Positions 1 to 7,067 of a DNA stretch of 52,901 nt are shown piece after piece. The stretch comes from a virus. Below the pieces are notes generated by a model, which worked only from the letters and a program-made list of their open reading frames with translations, searched no databases and was not told the origin of the DNA. Location of the stretch: IMG/VR virus record IMGVR_UViG_3300039008_000061, positions 1 to 52,901 of that record; one strand, written 5' to 3'. Every line of letters begins with the position of its first letter. Position 1 is the stretch's first letter. The position numbers and the translations under genes are program-made.

Positions 1-99
1 AGGGGATCCTTGATGTAAGGGCATCCACTAATCAAGACGCTAAATCAATTCTGTTCATGATGGAGCAGTTTAAAAACAAGTTGCTTAACGGTGACTACA
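1..99. repeat. Terminal overlap, identical to 52803..52901 (circular closure)
   Basis: Base-by-base comparison of both ends: AGGGGATCCTTGATGTAAGG...GGTGACTACA occurs at both positions. Confidence 0.9.
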
Positions 100-113
100 G
101 AGATGAAGAGTGA
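1..113 (+). CDS. Hypothetical protein, C-terminal part of the junction-spanning 72-aa ORF that starts at 52697
   Basis: The frame continues from 52901 into base 1 and ends at TGA 111-113. The total length of 219 nt is divisible by 3. Confidence 0.6.
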   Translation, partial: GILDVRASTNQDAKSILFMMEQFKNKLLNGDYRDEE

Positions 114-122
114 GGAAAAGAT

Positions 123-332
123 ATGAGTTCAAGCTCCAATAATTCTGGCGGTATAGGCTTTTTAGGTTTGTTAACCATTGCCTTTATCGTTCTAAAACTA
201 ACCGATGTTATTGACTGGCCATGGTTTCTTGTGCTGCTACCAGCATGGGGGCCAGTTGCATTGTTGTTGTCGATTTTTTTAGTTGTATGGCTACCAGCCA
301 AAGCACTGAAGGGTGCTAAAGCTAAAAGGTAG
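123..332 (+). CDS. Small membrane protein (two hydrophobic helices)
   Basis: 69-aa ORF with hydrophobic stretches GIGFLGLLTIAFIVL and WFLVLLPAWGPVALLLSIFLVVWL and a basic C-terminus. It starts 10 nt after the preceding stop. Confidence 0.6.
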   Translation: MSSSSNNSGGIGFLGLLTIAFIVLKLTDVIDWPWFLVLLPAWGPVALLLSIFLVVWLPAKALKGAKAKR

Positions 333-941
333 GGATTCGACAGTAAGCGTTTGATGTTGCGCTTTAGACGTCCTGAATGTACCGCCTGAGCAATCCTCTT
401 CCGTATTGCGAGGACATTCAGATAAACGAAGCAGAAGTCATAAGAGTGTTGGGCTACTCGGACATGGTTAGCGACCTTAGCTAGCGGCGAAAGACAAAGG
501 TGACACTTGGAGAGACAAGGCGTTTTGAGAAGATGGCTAAATTTGCTAGCGCTAGCATGATTGACAAACCCAATCACCAATTAGCCATCTTCGTCAAAGC
601 GTTATGCGGATTGCACAAATGCAGTCGGCGCTTTCCCGAGTCTCTATGAGAGCCAGTATTACCAACTGCGTTAGGGTTAATAAATAAATAGGTATCGGTA
701 AGGCAGTTAACTGGCAAGCGGAGGTTAACACCGATTATTAGCGGCCGTGCGCGACACGTGAGACTGAGCTTGCAGCCAAGGCTGACCCACTTGAACCAAA
801 CGGGTTACCAATAACACTCACAAATCAAAATGTGATTGTTACAGGCAACTAACCGGAATTTCCGGATAGTTCAAAATAAAAAAACCCCGCTAGCCGTGGA
901 AAGCAAATGCGGGGTTTAGATGATAAACATCGAGGATAAGT
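333..941. other. ORF-free, helix-rich 609-nt spacer; candidate structured RNA or regulatory region
   Basis: Stops are frequent in all plus-strand frames. Nested perfect helices are present: 373-380/414-421, 529-540/581-592, 596-601/629-634, 694-699/730-735, 706-711/724-729, and hairpin 853-865. Confidence 0.4.
878..917 (-). terminator. Intrinsic terminator oriented for leftward transcription
   Basis: Stem AAACCCCGC (882-890) pairs with GCGGGGTTT (909-917). On the minus strand the hairpin is followed by T7 (884-878). On the plus strand only TTTAG follows. Confidence 0.6.
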
Positions 942-967
942 ATGATGCAAATCGAAAATATTAACAA
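939..967 (-). promoter_or_regulatory. Candidate leftward promoter TTGTTA-N17-CATACT for a short antisense (oop-like) RNA
   Basis: Minus-strand -35 at 967..962 and -10 at 944..939, overlapping the ATG at 942. The leftward terminator lies about 20-55 nt downstream. Confidence 0.3.
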
Positions 968-1661
968 CTCTAATTACACAGATTACGCGTTACTTCCATT
1001 CAAAAATGTAACTGTTTTAGATAACGCAGAGGAAATGATTCCTGATCACAATGAAAAGATTTTAGGTGGCTGGGTTTACGCTCTTTCGAATGAAAGCTTT
1101 CCTGACCTCCTAAAAATAGGTATGACAACTATCAGCCCAGTAGAGAGAGCAAAGCAGTTAGGCTCTTCTGGAGTTCCAACCCCCTTTAAAGTTGAGTGGT
1201 CAGTGCAAGTAAAAGATGCGCCGAAAGTGGAAAAGCAAATACACGACCACTTCAGCAAGAGGCGCGTAAATGCATCAAGAGAGTTTTTCAAAATAACGCT
1301 AGACGAACTCACTGAATACGTGAGTGAGGAAGTTGACTTCTACCTTTCATCAGGAATCGATGTGTTCTTTCAGTATCACACAATTCATCTGGACGAAGTA
1401 AAAAAAGAAAAGCGAGAGAATTTAAAAATATCTAGTGCTCTTTTGGAAAGAATTAATTGCGAAGCTTTTGTGAAAAACAATACAGCCTTCATAGAGAGTT
1501 GCGTAGATCTTGTCCTTACCAAGTTCAGGGGAACGTTAATATTTAAAGATGGTGAGGTGAAGGCATCTCCAGAGCCTGAGTACAGTGGTCACTCAGAGTT
1601 TTTAAAGCCCCATCAAAAGCCAGTCCAGATAAGAGTCAAAAACGGTGGTTTTTCACTATGA
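942..1661 (+). CDS. T5orf172 (GIY-YIG-like, MUG113-type) domain protein
   Basis: GWVYALSNESFPDLLKIGMTT...ERAKQL...REFF pattern at aa ~42-125. GAGGA lies upstream of the ATG, and the stop overlaps the next start (ATGA). Confidence 0.75.
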   Translation: MMQIENINNSNYTDYALLPFKNVTVLDNAEEMIPDHNEKILGGWVYALSNESFPDLLKIGMTTISPVERAKQLGSSGVPTPFKVEWSVQVKDAPKVEKQIHDHFSKRRVNASREFFKITLDELTEYVSEEVDFYLSSGIDVFFQYHTIHLDEVKKEKRENLKISSALLERINCEAFVKNNTAFIESCVDLVLTKFRGTLIFKDGEVKASPEPEYSGHSEFLKPHQKPVQIRVKNGGFSL

Positions 1662-2413
1662 GCGTTAAATTAATGTGGTCTGCAATGACCGTAAAAGCTG
1701 GTAGCCCTACTGCAAAGCTAATCCTTCTAAAGTTGGCAGATAACGCGAACGACAAAGGCGAATGCTGGCCAAGCTTAAAAAACATCGCTGAGCATTGTGA
1801 AGTGTCACAGAAAACGGTTATCACCAATATCAAAAAGCTTGAAGACCTTGGGTATGTCAAAAAAATCAACCGATTCAATGATAAGGGTAAAACCTCAAAT
1901 CTATATGTAATTACCATTACTGAAGGCGCACCATCTGAAGGTAATTCTTCTCCCGAACCATGTGAAAAAACTTCAACTACCCATGTGAAAAAACGTAAAG
2001 AACCTAGTGAAAAAACTTCAACTACCCCATGTGAAAAAACTTCAACTACCCCATATGAAAAATCTTCACATGAATCTGTCAGTATAGAACCTGTCATTAC
2101 TGAATCTGTCATTGAAACAATAAAGCGCGAAAAGATTATTTCTCTTGAGAGCTTAAACGCCTTCGTTAGCTACAGAAAAAAAATCAAAAAGCCAATGACT
2201 ACTCACGCAGTTGAGTTGCTAGTTGCAAAACTAGGCGGTCTTCGTGTTGACGGTCATTCTCCACAGGAGCTAATCAACGAAGCTATCATGAATGGCTGGC
2301 AATCGGTTTACCCCAAATCCAATGCGCAACCAAACCGCACCTTCCAAAGCCACCAAGAACGCATACGCGAAGAAAACATGCGCGTTATGGCTGACTGGGC
2401 AAACAAGGAGTAG
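1658..2413 (+). CDS. Replication initiator (lambda O-like, N-terminal winged helix)
   Basis: LILLKLADNANDKGECWPSLKNIAEHCEVSQKTVITNIKKLEDLGYV pattern. An iteron array lies inside the gene and a loader-like gene follows. Confidence 0.75.
   Translation: MSVKLMWSAMTVKAGSPTAKLILLKLADNANDKGECWPSLKNIAEHCEVSQKTVITNIKKLEDLGYVKKINRFNDKGKTSNLYVITITEGAPSEGNSSPEPCEKTSTTHVKKRKEPSEKTSTTPCEKTSTTPYEKSSHESVSIEPVITESVIETIKREKIISLESLNAFVSYRKKIKKPMTTHAVELLVAKLGGLRVDGHSPQELINEAIMNGWQSVYPKSNAQPNRTFQSHQERIREENMRVMADWANKE
1962..2072. repeat. Iteron array (putative ori) inside the initiator gene
   Basis: GTGAAAAAACTTCAACTACC occurs at 1962, 2007 and 2031, with a half copy at 1985 and a degenerate copy at about 2055 (spacing 22-24 bp). 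TGAATCTGTCA follows at 2071 and 2101, then an AT-richer stretch. Confidence 0.7.
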
Positions 2414-2416
2414 CAC

Positions 2417-3001
2417 ATGCAGACTGAAGACCGTTCACGTTTCGCCAGTGCTATTCACGGCACCTTTGAAATTTACAGCCCAAAACCAGTATCTGAACAA
2501 CTCATGGATATTTGGTGGGCAACGCTAAAACCTTATGACATTGCAGACGTATGCCGTGCGCTAACGAAGCATATTTCTGACCCTGAACGCGGCCAGTACC
2601 AACCAAAGCCAGCTGATGTAATCAGGTTTCTTGCTTGTGGTGAAAAAGAGCAACTCGAAAACCTTAAAACCAAAGCTGAAATGCAATGGCTGAACGTGAC
2701 TAAAGCCATTACGAGTTGCGGCGCCTATCGCACACCAACATTTAAAGACCCACTCACCACGGCAACGATAAGCGCCTTGGGTGGATGGCCGTTTATCTGC
2801 GGGAAAACGACACAGCAACTTGATTTTCTACAAAAGCAGTTCGTTTCCACCTACGTAGATTTTGAAAAGTCACCGCTTGAAGCATTGCCAAACCATATCG
2901 CCGGCATTGAAGACATTCAGCGCAGCAAGGCTGAGAAGGCATCAGCATTCGCAAACCTTGAAAAAGGGCTAGAAGATTTTAGAGCGAGGAAGCAGGCATG
3001 A
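2417..3001 (+). CDS. Putative replication/helicase-loader-like protein
   Basis: It sits directly after the initiator. The N-terminal segment (IWWATLKPYDIADVCRALTKH...PKPADVIRFL) resembles loader N-domains of the lambda P / G39P type. Tentative. Confidence 0.45.
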   Translation: MQTEDRSRFASAIHGTFEIYSPKPVSEQLMDIWWATLKPYDIADVCRALTKHISDPERGQYQPKPADVIRFLACGEKEQLENLKTKAEMQWLNVTKAITSCGAYRTPTFKDPLTTATISALGGWPFICGKTTQQLDFLQKQFVSTYVDFEKSPLEALPNHIAGIEDIQRSKAEKASAFANLEKGLEDFRARKQA

Positions 3002-3249
3002 CCCCAGCACTAACAGACAAACAAATCAGTTACATGGACTTCATTCAAAAGTTCATCGAGCAAAATGACAACTTTCCTACGTTTGAAGTTATAGCCGAGC
3101 ATTTTGGTGTAAAGCCTAATAGCGTTGCAGGCCACTTACTAGCCCTGCGCAAAAAAGGCTACCTCGATATGTGCCCGAACATGGCTAGCTATCGCCGCAC
3201 CAACATTTTCAAAAGCTTTATGGCTATTCGCGAAAGGAATGCAGCATGA
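2998..3249 (+). CDS. LexA N-terminal DNA-binding-domain-only protein (no S24 peptidase part)
   Basis: LTDKQISYMDFIQKFIEQNDNFPTFEVIAEHFGVKPNSVAGHLLALRKKGYL aligns by eye with the LexA wHTH (LTxRQ..I...I...G.PPT..EIA...G......HL.AL.RKG). Only 83 aa. Confidence 0.7.
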   Translation: MTPALTDKQISYMDFIQKFIEQNDNFPTFEVIAEHFGVKPNSVAGHLLALRKKGYLDMCPNMASYRRTNIFKSFMAIRERNAA

Positions 3250-3530
3250 ACAACATAGAAAAAGCAATCGCTTTCAGTAATGGCGAGTGGCGAACTACTA
3301 AAGAACTAGCTGAACACCTTGGCGATAGCAGACCAAGTAACACATTGAAGAGTTTGCAGAACAAGAACGGTGTTACCTATGAAGCTGACCACAATGAACA
3401 TGGCAAAACTATTCGTTACCGCGCCAGTTTTACTCGCGACTACACACCGGTAGATATTGCGAAGTCACGTAAGGCCAGAGGCTTACCGTTTGGTTTGGAG
3501 TCAATAAGCATTTTAGGTGGTGCGGTATGA
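3246..3530 (+). CDS. Hypothetical protein
   Basis: 94-aa ORF with ATGA overlaps on both sides. Confidence 0.65.
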   Translation: MNNIEKAIAFSNGEWRTTKELAEHLGDSRPSNTLKSLQNKNGVTYEADHNEHGKTIRYRASFTRDYTPVDIAKSRKARGLPFGLESISILGGAV

Positions 3531-4063
3531 GTAATGATTTATGGAGTACGCCGCCAGAGGTGTTCAACGCGTTAGATAAAGAGTTTTGCTTCGGGTTCGA
3601 TGTTTGTGCCGAGTATGAAACGGCGAAGTGTTCAGACTATTGGACTATCGAAGATGATGCGCTTTCTATGAACTGGGCTGAAGATGCTAAGTCTCGAATA
3701 CCGGGAGCCGGGTTAATTGAAATGGGTGCTCTTTGGTGCAACCCACCTTACAGCAAAATAACCCCATGGGTGGAAAAGGCTATTGAAGCGCAACTAAACG
3801 GGCGAATGACAGTAATGCTTGTTATGTGCGACCCATCAGTTAAATGGTTCAGTCTTGCTCAGCGTTACGCCAGTGAAACACGCTTTATCACAGAAGGCCG
3901 CTTGGCTTTTCTTAAAAACGGCGTACCGCAAAAGGGTAATAACAAAGGCTCAGTGATATTCGTATTTGACCCACACCGCATAAGCGCTGGTCATGTGTCA
4001 TGGGTTACGCGTGAAGCGCTTATGAAAAAAGGACAGGTTAATAAGTTAGAGGTGGCAGCATGA
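3527..4063 (+). CDS. Phage Dam-type DNA N6-adenine methyltransferase
   Basis: WSTPPEVF at the N-terminus, FDVCA, and the catalytic CNPPYS motif. Confidence 0.88.
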   Translation: MSNDLWSTPPEVFNALDKEFCFGFDVCAEYETAKCSDYWTIEDDALSMNWAEDAKSRIPGAGLIEMGALWCNPPYSKITPWVEKAIEAQLNGRMTVMLVMCDPSVKWFSLAQRYASETRFITEGRLAFLKNGVPQKGNNKGSVIFVFDPHRISAGHVSWVTREALMKKGQVNKLEVAA

Positions 4064-4236
4064 ACCAACATCAACTAGAAAACCGCTCACTACGCATTAA
4101 GCGTGAAACAAAAAGTCCAACTTTGCAAAAGCGTGCTAAGTCTCGCCGCATCAATGAAGCGTATCGCGATGCCAGTGCAATAGCGTTAAGTGATCAAGAA
4201 CACTTTAATGCCTTATGGAAGGAGCTAGAGGCGTGA
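4060..4236 (+). CDS. Hypothetical basic 58-aa protein
   Basis: ATGA overlap with the Dam stop and GTGA overlap with the next gene. It fills an otherwise empty gap. Below the ORF-track length cut-off. Confidence 0.5.
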   Translation: MNQHQLENRSLRIKRETKSPTLQKRAKSRRINEAYRDASAIALSDQEHFNALWKELEA

Positions 4237-4718
4237 AGCTCGCAAAACAAACCTGCACAGCCTCAAAGCCTAGTGAGTTCGCATCATTCTACGAGGCGGC
4301 AAAAGATTGCTTCTCAAAAGGAATGACACTTCTACTTTCCATGCAATCAGTGGATGACGAGAGAAAGGCAGCGCAAAACGCGCTGCAATTCCACTGGTTT
4401 AGAGAAATGGAACAGCAAGGCGATTTATCAGCACGAGAATATCGGGCTTACTGCAAGTTGCATTTTGGGGTTCCCATTGCCCGGGAAGACGAAGGTTATC
4501 GGGCGCAATATGACGCAGTTATAAAACCGCTCCCATACGTTCAGAAAATTCAAATGATGGACGAGCAAAGCAAGTTCTACATACCAGTAACTAGCACATT
4601 CAATATGACTGAAATGACGCGCTATTTAAAAGAGGTAGAGCGCTGGGGTTCAGGTCAAGGTTTTAACTTAACCAGCAACGAAACACTGTATCTGGCAGCT
4701 ATGGGGATAAAGAAGTGA
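4233..4718 (+). CDS. ninB: NinB/Orf-like recombination protein
   Basis: It lies upstream of ninG. The QNALQFHWFRE ... VTSTFNMTEMTRYLKEVERWG pattern is like lambda NinB. GTG 4233 (AAGGAG 9 nt upstream) is preferred to ATG 4215. Confidence 0.55.
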   Translation: MKLAKQTCTASKPSEFASFYEAAKDCFSKGMTLLLSMQSVDDERKAAQNALQFHWFREMEQQGDLSAREYRAYCKLHFGVPIAREDEGYRAQYDAVIKPLPYVQKIQMMDEQSKFYIPVTSTFNMTEMTRYLKEVERWGSGQGFNLTSNETLYLAAMGIKK

Positions 4719-5284
4719 AAAACCGCCGTTGCTCACACTGCAAAAAGAAAGGTCCACAAGAGGAAATGCTACTAAGGCAGCTAAAAGCCTTTTGCGGTAC
4801 CAACTGCTTTGCAGAGTGGGCGGCAGCTAACGTTTCTAAACTGGCCAAAAAGGGGAAGCAAATTGAATCGAAGCGACTCAAGGCAAAGAAAGAAAGACTT
4901 AAAACAAAAGGCGAACACCTACGCGAAGCACAAGTGGCATTCAACGCGTTCATTCGAGAGCGGGATGCGCAAGAGCCGTGTATCAGTTGCGGTAGGTATC
5001 ACACTGGCAAGTACGATGCAGGGCACTACCGAAGCGTAGGAAGTGCGCCCGAACTGAGATTTGATGAAGATAATTGCCATCGTCAGTGCGTTCCATGTAA
5101 TCAGCACAAGTCGGGAAACCTAATTAGCTACCGAATAAACCTGGTCAAGAGAATAGGGCAGGAGCGAGTAGATAAGCTAGAAGGTCTACACGAACCCAAA
5201 AACTACACCATAGAACAAATACAAGACATTAAGGCGCATTATCGCAAGCGTGTACGCGAAATGCAGAAACAAAAAGCGGCCTAA
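4715..5284 (+). CDS. ninG: NinG/Rap-like structure-specific endonuclease
   Basis: Cys clusters CSHCKKK..FCGTNCF and CISCG..DAGHY..CHRQCVPCNQHKSGN. Confidence 0.8.
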   Translation: MKNRRCSHCKKKGPQEEMLLRQLKAFCGTNCFAEWAAANVSKLAKKGKQIESKRLKAKKERLKTKGEHLREAQVAFNAFIRERDAQEPCISCGRYHTGKYDAGHYRSVGSAPELRFDEDNCHRQCVPCNQHKSGNLISYRINLVKRIGQERVDKLEGLHEPKNYTIEQIQDIKAHYRKRVREMQKQKAA

Positions 5285-5307
5285 GCCGTGCGCTAAAGGT
5301 AAATACA

Positions 5308-5826
5308 ATGGCACACCCAATCAGAGAGCTAGCAAGAATGACTACAAAGTCAAAACAGATTGACGGAATGGGCTTCGGTGGTACCGCGCCTGATGTAAAT
5401 GAAGTAGCTGGCGCACTGGCAATGCGACACCCTGAGACACAACTAAAGCTGGATGCACACGCTTACTACTTGGCTAGATTGCTCTATGCTGATGACAGTA
5501 GCGCAAGAGTGCGCGTAAAAGCTGGCCTATTGAATGTTATGCTTAAAGCGGGATTGGACGTTACAGATACGTGCCTGGCACGCATGATTAACTGCGCTAT
5601 CATCGAAATACAATCACCTATCATGCGATTAAACCGCAAGACTGGCGAGCAAGAGATTAAGCCAACAAGTAAGGTTCAGCTTTGCAAGCGGCTAGGTATC
5701 AAGGGCAATAAACTTCCGGTGAAAATATCTGAGGCTTACAACCAAGTGCTAGAGCAACTTTACTTGTGGAATAGCGAGGCGATAAGCCACGTTAGGGCAA
5801 CCATGCGAGAGGACGAAGCGGCATGA
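5308..5826 (+). CDS. Putative late-gene antiterminator (Q position)
   Basis: It is the last regulatory-size gene before a consensus promoter with a terminator about 30 nt downstream, followed by the lysis and virion genes. No family motif recognised. Confidence 0.45.
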   Translation: MAHPIRELARMTTKSKQIDGMGFGGTAPDVNEVAGALAMRHPETQLKLDAHAYYLARLLYADDSSARVRVKAGLLNVMLKAGLDVTDTCLARMINCAIIEIQSPIMRLNRKTGEQEIKPTSKVQLCKRLGIKGNKLPVKISEAYNQVLEQLYLWNSEAISHVRATMREDEAA

Positions 5827-5948
5827 GTGAGGAAGAGCTTAAAGGATTTGTAGAAGAATCTCGTAAAACTGGGCGATTACTTACCTTGTCAATAGTGATA
5901 AATATTGCCTCATTAGGGTTGTTAGTTTTTGCTTTTATTTGCAAGTGA
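5823..5948 (+). CDS. 41-aa single-pass membrane peptide
   Basis: ATGA overlap with the preceding stop. Hydrophobic LLTLSIVINIASLGLLVFAFIC. Confidence 0.4.
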   Translation: MSEEELKGFVEESRKTGRLLTLSIVINIASLGLLVFAFICK

Positions 5949-5966
5949 TAAAGCTAAAGAGAGTAG

Positions 5967-5995
5967 TTGACTCACTGACGAGCTTTGCTTAATAT
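5967..5995 (+). promoter_or_regulatory. Late promoter (PR-prime-like) TTGACT-N17-TAATAT
   Basis: -35 at 5967-5972 and -10 at 5990-5995. A -10-like CATACT lies at 6001-6006. Confidence 0.7.
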
Positions 5996-6023
5996 ATCCC
6001 CATACTAGCACTATTTCACTTAA

Positions 6024-6054
6024 AGCCCTGACCTAACCAGTCGGGGCTTTTTTT
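6024..6054 (+). terminator. Intrinsic terminator just downstream of the late promoter
   Basis: AGCCCTGAC (6024-6032) pairs with GTCGGGGCT (6040-6048, one G-U pair), followed by a T-run to 6054. Confidence 0.7.
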
Positions 6055-6067
6055 ATGGCTGAAATTT

Positions 6068-6484
6068 ATGAAATACCATCGAATGATTGAGCAGTTAAAG
6101 CAGCATGAAGGACTAGAGTTAAAACCTTACCGCTGCACCTCTGGCAAACTCACTATTGGTTATGGTCGTAACTTAGAAGCTAAAGGGATAAGTAAGGGTG
6201 AAGCTGAATCAATGCTATTTAGCGATATTGCTGAGGTAGAAGATAAGCTTGTCCGGGCTGGTTTCCTGAGTGGATTGAATGACGCTAGAAAGGCCGTGTT
6301 AATCAACATGGCTTTCCAATTAGGTTTTAAAGGCCTATCAAAGTTCAGAAACATGCTTGCCGCAGTTCAAAGCGAGCAATACGATTTAGCAGCGAGTGAG
6401 ATGCTTGATAGCCTATGGGCTAAACAAACGCCTAATCGCGCTAAAGAATTGTCAGAGCAGATGCTAACAGGTGAGTTTCAGTGA
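6068..6484 (+). CDS. Endolysin, T4-lysozyme-like (GH24)
   Basis: MIEQLKQHEGLELKPYRCTSGKLTIGYGRNL matches the E...(D/C)..GxxTIGxG lysozyme N-terminus. Confidence 0.88.
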   Translation: MKYHRMIEQLKQHEGLELKPYRCTSGKLTIGYGRNLEAKGISKGEAESMLFSDIAEVEDKLVRAGFLSGLNDARKAVLINMAFQLGFKGLSKFRNMLAAVQSEQYDLAASEMLDSLWAKQTPNRAKELSEQMLTGEFQ

Positions 6485-6996
6485 ATTGGTCAGACGTAGG
6501 AAGCTTTCTAAAGCAAAATCAAAAAGGCGTAGCCGGTTTAGTTGGTTCGCTATTAACGGGCAATGTAGTGGGCGCGGTCAGTGCTGGCGCCTCGATGGTC
6601 GCCCAGGCAACGGGAACGACAGACCCCGAGCAGGCGTTAGCGGAATTGAAAAACAACCCTGAAGCTAGACTAAAGCTTGAAGAAATCGCCGCAGCACGCG
6701 AAGCGGAAGTGAATCGTCACCTTGAATCAGTCATGGCGTTAGAGCTTCAAGATAAACAGCGTAGCCATTCAGAGACACAAGACACAATTCGCAATGGCGA
6801 TAATGCAGAAGGTGGCGTTAAATACGTAAGACCTACACACGCAACATTGTCACTAATTGCCGGTATCGTTTACGCGTTTATCACTGAGTCACCAGACCTA
6901 ATGATACTAGGCGCATTCCTTACTCTGCCTTTCACTTACGCAGGGTTAAGAGAAATCGGTAAACGCAACGTATTGGCGTTTCAGAGCAAAAAATAA
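6481..6996 (+). CDS. Holin-like membrane protein (3-TM GTA-holin type, tentative)
   Basis: Gly/Ala-rich hydrophobic N-terminus, charged middle segment and C-terminal TM segments. GTGA overlap with the endolysin gene. Confidence 0.5.
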   Translation: MNWSDVGSFLKQNQKGVAGLVGSLLTGNVVGAVSAGASMVAQATGTTDPEQALAELKNNPEARLKLEEIAAAREAEVNRHLESVMALELQDKQRSHSETQDTIRNGDNAEGGVKYVRPTHATLSLIAGIVYAFITESPDLMILGAFLTLPFTYAGLREIGKRNVLAFQSKK

Positions 6997-7067
6997 CCCT
7001 TTGTCTAATTCCCAATGGAACAAAATTTGAATAACCATGTTGTTGAAACCACGAAAAGGACAACAGC

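Noticed and set aside
1-99. The terminal repeat as a true physical direct terminal repeat
   Set aside because: It lies inside a continuous ORF, and the terminase is of a headful-type family. Assembly closure is the simpler explanation, and this is testable with reads.
333-341. GGATTCGAC, identical to a 9-mer near the 5' end of E. coli tmRNA, in a phage that carries the tmRNA 3' end elsewhere
   Set aside because: There is no matching GGGGCUG acceptor strand, tag reading frame, pseudoknots or tRNA-like 3' end nearby. A 9-mer match is expected by chance in about 53 kb.
95-580. 161-aa minus-strand ORF
   Set aside because: It overlaps two well-supported plus-strand genes and the non-coding gap. 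It has no RBS and an odd Cys/His/Ser-rich composition. It is probably a chance open frame.
1962-2072. Regularly spaced direct repeats as a CRISPR-like array
   Set aside because: The repeats are 20 nt long, almost contiguous (2-4 nt between units), lie inside a coding region and lack unique spacers. Iterons fit better.
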